NCBI GenBank assembly: GCA_043228905.1
Contig: JBHGNT010000002.1
Coordinates: 9,672,001-9,736,000, forward strand
Direction: 5' to 3'
From: Azolla caroliniana
Lineage: Eukaryota; Plantae; Polypodiophyta
DNA length: 64,000 nucleotides
Under the pieces are notes generated by a model. The model had not been told where the DNA came from, searched no databases, and saw nothing but the letters and a program-made list of their open reading frames with translations. Positions 57,960-64,000 of this stretch are shown in pieces (within the stretch, counting starts at the first letter, position 1; each line of letters opens with the position of its first letter). Both the position numbers and the translations under genes were made by a program.

Positions 57960-60900
57960 GTTGTTCGCCGGAATAGTAACCGACGGACAAGAGCGTAGGA
58001 ATAAGAAATAATATAAGATCATAACGCATGTAATGGTTCACGCAGGAATCGTGAACGGCTAGATAGACCCTACGTATATAAAGGGCAGAAAACCTCTGAT
58101 AGAGGGAGCGTGTAATTTTGGAATGTAAAGAAACGTATCATAATAGGATTCCATCTTCTCTGAAAGTCTGTGTATAGCTAGGGCTAATCCACTATGTGTC
58201 TGGAATACCTGAGCGTGTAAGAACGTAAGTGTAACCCTTGCTAAGGAGTCAGTTGTAGCCGTCTCCCTTATACGCTGATAGGTTACAGGGAACATTCCCC
58301 TACGCATCACACATAAACGCCTATTCGTTGTTCCACAACCACTTGGAGGTCTAGGTTGAAGGACTGACCGCGGACCGTGTTCCTAATCGGCAACACTTTT
58401 GGCACGCCCGGTGGGACCTGTGTCTTCTCACAGACGAGCAACGACGAATGGAAGTTTAGCCGCCGACGCCCCAGAGAACCAACATGACAAGACCGGCCAA
58501 TAACAAGGTCCGTCACATGCCAGGCAAAAGAACGCGCACGGCAAAAGCCTCGTCTTAGCAACCTCAGTACTACCTGTCGTGATTACAAAGGTGATTCTTC
58601 GCTCTCCCAATACCTCGACGAGACGCAGGGACTACACTCACCAGAGCCACCCTGTGGTCTTTCCCGACCCGTCGTCGCCCCAGCATGGTCTTTGCCTACC
58701 CCCGCTTTAAAAGCGAAACCGATGCCGCAACTCATATTCGCATATTCCTTAATGTCTGGAATGCGAACCACATGGCGCAGAGCCTTTCGGAGGTGGTAGC
58801 ACACTAATCGAAAATGACAGAGTTCGGGTTAACATTGGATGGGCTAGCGGCATTTTGGCATTCACAAATGGATTTACTAGCAATAACAACCTTCGATCAG
58901 CTACAGTCCGCTTTCTTGCGGTTCTTCCATCGGAGGGTTCCACAATGCGAAATCCTCGGACAGTTCTACACGATTAAGCAACTGCCGACCGAGACGATAG
59001 CAGACTTTAGCTTACGTTTCCAAAATTTACGGCGGAAACTAGAATGGAGCCCCGCGGAGGACAAGGCTCGAGAAACATTTCTAGCAGCATTACGCCGACC
59101 CATCCGGGCAACGCTCAACAACAATAGCGTGAAAGGGGAAACGGCGGATATGGTCATTGAACGAGCGTTACAGCTCGAGTTGGACGAGGAGGAGGAAAGG
59201 TTTTCTATGTCCTCATGACAAGCGTTACCCCAAGATGAGGAACGCCAGTTTCGTCAAGCAATCCAGTGCACGATTTGCTTGAACTCGGGCCATTCCGCAG
59301 TGGAGTGCAATATGCGAATCTACTGCCCAATTTGCCACTCGAAGGCTCACACTGTCAACCAATGCGAATACAATATGTTGAATAAAGCCACTCCCGCAGT
59401 CCGCAGCATGGACACCCAGCGTCCACCACACCAGACTGAACAAAGGAGGCAAGAAGACCAACCACGGTATATGGATTGCAACCCACGGGATGACCGGCAC
59501 CACTGGAATCGCCGAAATCACAACGATTCCGAGGAGGAAGAACCAGAGGATGAGGATTATCGTGGACATCTGAGTTATGCTAAAGGGGGTCGGCGCTACG
59601 AGAATCTCCAGCCGACAAACAAACGGGGCGGCTTCAATGGTTATCGTGGTAAGCCATGGAAATATCGAGATCACCGGCATTACGACGAAAGCTTGGGAGA
59701 TGAGCGACACCAGGAACAACGACGGGACCAACAACAACCACCGCGTATGTTCCGACAAACAAGGCCGGACCGTGAGGAGCAAGTAGCACCAAGGGAGCGG
59801 CACACACCACCAGGATCCAAGAAAGGTGAATCAAGCATCCATTGTTTTATTTGTCAGCAGCCCGGACATTATGCCACGCAATGCCCAGCATGCAAGGGAA
59901 AGGGGCCCGTTGTCAATACGATTACGGCGAAAGTGCAGCAAGTCACGACACGCCACCAAACAAAAACGGTTGATTGGGCTGCGCAAGATGAGATACACCG
60001 ACAAGCCCAAGCATGGGTGGAAAAAGCAAACGCGACAAATACGGAACGCATGCAAAAGGAGTCCGCGAACACAATGGAGCGAGTAGAGGACAAAAGACCG
60101 GTCCCAGACCCCATTTGGTAGGCGTTAGTAGGCTATGAGATAACGTTAACCATGGAGAAACTGCGGCAGCTAGTCCCACGCTTCCGCCAAACCATGGAAG
60201 AATGGGTGACAGGCATACACGGGTGACAGGCATACCCGGGGTGAGTGTCACTACAAACCTTACAGACGTTAGCGACGGACTGTCGGTAGTGGATCAGCAC
60301 AACCAGGCTATTACATTAATATTACACGGACAGGAAATTCCTGGATGCGTAATCCACGGCGACTCGGGCGTAAATTAGCGCGAAAACTTGCGAGCAGTTA
60401 GGCATTTCATAATGGGAGGCTTGCCCATTCTAGCTCCGAATGGCAGATACCCGCTCAGTACGACCATTGGGGTTAATTCGCAAAATAGGCATTATCGTGG
60501 GCGGACACCGCTTCGACATCTCGTCGGTCGTCCTCGCTTTGGCCGCCCCAGGGGCGTATGCAGTGCTTCTGGGCAAACCATGGCTTCGGGCAGCAAATAT
60601 CAAGCAGAGCTAGCAACACAATTGTATCAGTTTCCGACATGGACACACCAAGGTTCGTGTACCTACGGAAGGAAGCATGCCACAACCCAAGGGTATAACA
60701 CCATTATACGCAGAAGATATAAATATGTTGGCTGGGCTGGAGGATGCAGAATTAGAGGCATACCTAGATGAGCACCCACGGATCATTCCGTTGTTCGAAA
60801 TCGACGTCATCGCAACCGCAGCAGGATATGCCAGAGCTCCACGACGAGGCTTACGAACCAAACCCAGAGTCCATATTGGAACTCAGCAGAGCACAGGCGG

Positions 60901-63900
60901 CATTTGAAAGGGAAATGGAGATTTCACGACAGGTTGCCGGTTCCGCCCTGGAAGAAGTAAATGTGGGTACAGAATCGGAGCCCCGTTTCCTCTCCATCGC
61001 AAAGGAATTAAGGCCGGACCAGCGAAACACGATGATCGCACTACTCACAGAATATAAGGATGTGTGTCCTTGGGCTCACGAGGACATGAAGGGGTTAGAT
61101 CCCAAGTTCTATTAGCATAAGATCAATTTAGCAACCGACACGAAACTCGTCCAGCAGCGCCGCTACCGCATGAACCCGAACTACGCAACCCGCGTGAAAG
61201 AAGAAATTGACAAGCTCCTGAAGGCGGGGTCCATACGACCAATTAAACAAGCGACATGGTTAAGCCCGATAGTGGTCATTCCAAAGAAAAACGGCAAAAT
61301 ACGAGTATGCGTAGATTACCGAAAATTAAACGTCGTAACCATTACGGACGCATTTCCCTTACCCTTCACCGATAGCGTATTGGACACCAGCGTAGGTCAT
61401 GAGATGTACAGTTTTTTAGATGGATTTAGTGGCTATAACCAGGTACGCATGCATCTCGAGGACCAAGAAAAGACGGCATTTGTCACGGACTGGGGAGTAT
61501 ATGTGGCAGTCGTCATGATGTTTGGGCTAAAGACGGCGCTGGCAACATTTCAACGGACAATTACGGAGATCTTTGGGGAATACATTCCGGCGTTCATGCA
61601 AGTTTTTTTAGACAACTTTGCGGTATATGGGAGAACAATAGACCATTTTGCGCACTTACAACAGTGCTTGGAACGTTGCCGCACCGCACGCTTAAGCCTG
61701 AATCCCGCGAAATGTGCTTTCGGCGTGACCAGCGAGACTCTCCTGGGCCATATAGTCAGCAAGGAGGGAATAGCGGTTGATCCGAAGAAGATCTCTGCGA
61801 TTATGCAAGCCAAAACTCCGACAAACGCCAAATCGCTCAGCCGGTTTTTAGGACAAATACGGTGGCATAGTCAGATGATACGGTATTTGGCGGACTTCGC
61901 CACGCCGTTACATGCTGGCGTACATCGGACTCCTTTCCAATGGACTGCAACGGAGGATAAGGCCTATGAGGCACTTAAGATAATGCTCACACAGGCCCCC
62001 GTTGTACAACCACCAGTTTGGGCGAAGCCATTCCACGTGTTCATCGACGCCTCGGACATAGCAATAGGAAGTGCACTAATGCAGCTCACCGAACCAAACT
62101 GGTACTGGCCAATATACTACGCTAGTCACAAATTATCAACAGCAGAGCGTAACTATTCCACAACGGAGCAGAAGGCGCTAGGAATGATCTATAGCATCAA
62201 TAAATTCCGACATTATTTATTAGGAAGGAAATTCACGTTCCACGTGGATCACTCGGCGTTGTTGTATTTGGTGGAGAAACAAGCCATGACGGGGAAATTG
62301 GCGCGGTGGATGCTGCTGCTCCAGGAATTCGATTTCGTAATCCAGCACCGACCAGGGACGCAACATGTAGTGGCGGATTTTTTGAGCAGACTCGAGAATG
62401 GATAAACAGTACAGAAAGATGACGACGATTTTGCGGACGCTAATATCCTGTGGGTAGCAGCACTAGCAGAAAGAACAGAATTGACCTTTCCGGACCGGTG
62501 GCTTATGGAAATGACGTACTTTTTGACTACGGGACTGCCTCCACCACAATTACGCACGAACGAGCAGAAACGACTAGCCGTCCGAAGACGTCACTTCTGC
62601 CTCATCGAAGGCGTTTTATATCACAAAGGAAGTGATGGCATTTGGCGACGTGGGGTACATTAGGATGAGAAGGAAGCAGTTTTATGGGAGGCACACTGCG
62701 GCACAGTAGGCGGCCATTACGCGGGCGACGTTACAACTCGGAAAGTATGGTAGGCGGGCTTATGGTGGCCAACAACGCAGAAGGATGCATCCGAGTATTG
62801 TAGAAAGTGTGATTTGTGTCAACAGATGGGCTAGCCCGCGGAGGGCGCAAGGATGCCACCCCAGCCCGTATTACCGCTAGACCCCTTCCAAAAGTGGGGA
62901 TTGGATTTTATGGGCCCCTTCACACCGGCAGCAGCCCGTACGGGCAATAAATAGATATTGGTAGCCATGGATTATTGCACCGAGTGGGTAGAAGCAAAGG
63001 CACTACATGAAAATATGGTGGCCATCACAACCAGATTCCTTTACAAGCACATCTGGTGCCGGTTCCGCTGTCCGATTGAGCTCATCAGTGACCAAGGGAG
63101 TCACTTTCTCAATATGGTGGTTCGGGAACTAACACATCATTACGTCGTAGTCCATAAGAAGAGTGCGCCATATTATCCGCAGGTGAATGGATTGGCAGAA
63201 TCCACCAGCAAGACGTTGCAAACCATTTTGAAGAAAATCGTCAATGAAAATAGAATGGACTGGGATACTAAATTACAGAGTGCGTTATGGGCGTACAGAA
63301 CCAGTTACAAAACAAGCATATAGTCAACACCGTTTCAACCAGCGTTTGGGCTGCAGGCTGTGATGCCGGTCGAATTTCAGGTACCCAGTTTGTGAATTCA
63401 GGTACGGAACCGACTATCAGAAGCCAAGTCGGAGGAGGTACGGCTCCACCAACTCCTCGAACTCGGGGAAAAACACGTACACAGCATGGTTGTGTTGGAG
63501 CAGGAACAACGACGGCGTAAAGCGTTTGTGGATTGACATCGGAACGCAAGGGAAAAGGAGTTCGTCGTGGGTCAAGCGGTGCTGGTTTTCCAAACTCGCA
63601 TGGGCCATATGCCAGGGAAGTTACGATTCCGCTGGACCGGCCCATATTGGATAATTGGAGCGGAACAAGGCACGTTTCAACTACGTACGCTGGCCGGGGA
63701 AGTAGTACGACAAAAGGTGAATGGGTTTCGGCTCAAACCTTACCTGGGCCCTACGCCACCTAACCCATTCACCGCCGAACAGGACAAAGCCGGAGAACCC
63801 ACAACGTAAATGGACGGCCCCACTTGTACCATAATGTAAAAATAGGTTGTAGATAACCGTTACAGGAAAAAAAAAGAAGGAGAAGATAGCGACTATTAAA

Positions 63901-64000
63901 ACGACTAAAGGCATGCACAAACTCCTAGTTCAAGAACACGTGGCACCACGATGGCTCACCGCCCAATGAACCCTAAGCCACAAAAGGAAGGAAATAGAAG
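57960..64000 (+). mobile_element. Non-chromoviral Gypsy J, degenerate, running off the window end
   Basis: The LTR ends GGCAACA at 58395; its start is uncertain. PBS TGGCACGCCCGGTGGGAC (tRNA-Arg UCU type) at 58400. Gag has several Cys/His knuckles; RT (RVCVDYRKLN, DGFSGYNQ, QVFLDN), RH (IDASD) and INT (ISDQGSHF, RWTGPY) follow. Confidence 0.9.
61170..62405 (+). CDS. Gypsy J RT-RNase H open segment (411 aa)
   Basis: RT and RNase H motifs are present, but the catalytic FLDD reads FLDN, so it is probably inactive. Confidence 0.85.
   Translation: MNPNYATRVKEEIDKLLKAGSIRPIKQATWLSPIVVIPKKNGKIRVCVDYRKLNVVTITDAFPLPFTDSVLDTSVGHEMYSFLDGFSGYNQVRMHLEDQEKTAFVTDWGVYVAVVMMFGLKTALATFQRTITEIFGEYIPAFMQVFLDNFAVYGRTIDHFAHLQQCLERCRTARLSLNPAKCAFGVTSETLLGHIVSKEGIAVDPKKISAIMQAKTPTNAKSLSRFLGQIRWHSQMIRYLADFATPLHAGVHRTPFQWTATEDKAYEALKIMLTQAPVVQPPVWAKPFHVFIDASDIAIGSALMQLTEPNWYWPIYYASHKLSTAERNYSTTEQKALGMIYSINKFRHYLLGRKFTFHVDHSALLYLVEKQAMTGKLARWMLLLQEFDFVIQHRPGTQHVVADFLSRLENG

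Overview
This is eukaryotic, almost certainly land-plant, transposon-dense heterochromatin-like DNA. A non-seed plant such as a fern or bryophyte is inferred from the Tcn1-like chromovirus and Sola-like transposases. No intact host gene was recognised. From left to right the window holds: a degenerate, spliced Sola2-like transposase whose intron is filled with a palindromic satellite; an ~85-bp tandem array; an RTE LINE split by an L1 LINE (13-bp TSD); a three-level Copia nest (A 9023-25900 > B 9745-21364 > near-intact C 14196-19834); and a minus-strand Copia (D) split by a full-length chromoviral Gypsy (E, 29747-35243). Further right lie a chain of B-family Copias inserted into each other's 3' tails, two deleted Copias, a Sola1-like transposase with a solo LTR of E in its flanking repeats, and a non-chromoviral Gypsy running off the end. 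The most notable observations are: (1) Gypsy E appears to be self-priming (Tf1-style) and carries a tRNA-like Pol III A/B-box cassette in every LTR; (2) the B-family Copias have a duplicated PPT and a conserved ~200-aa tail after RNase H that is repeatedly hit by same-family insertions; (3) Copia C is strongly CCGG-rich and its two LTRs carry 7 versus 12 repeat units; (4) a ~510-bp duplication replaces the normal TSD around Copia A. All family assignments come from motif recognition by eye, not database searches.
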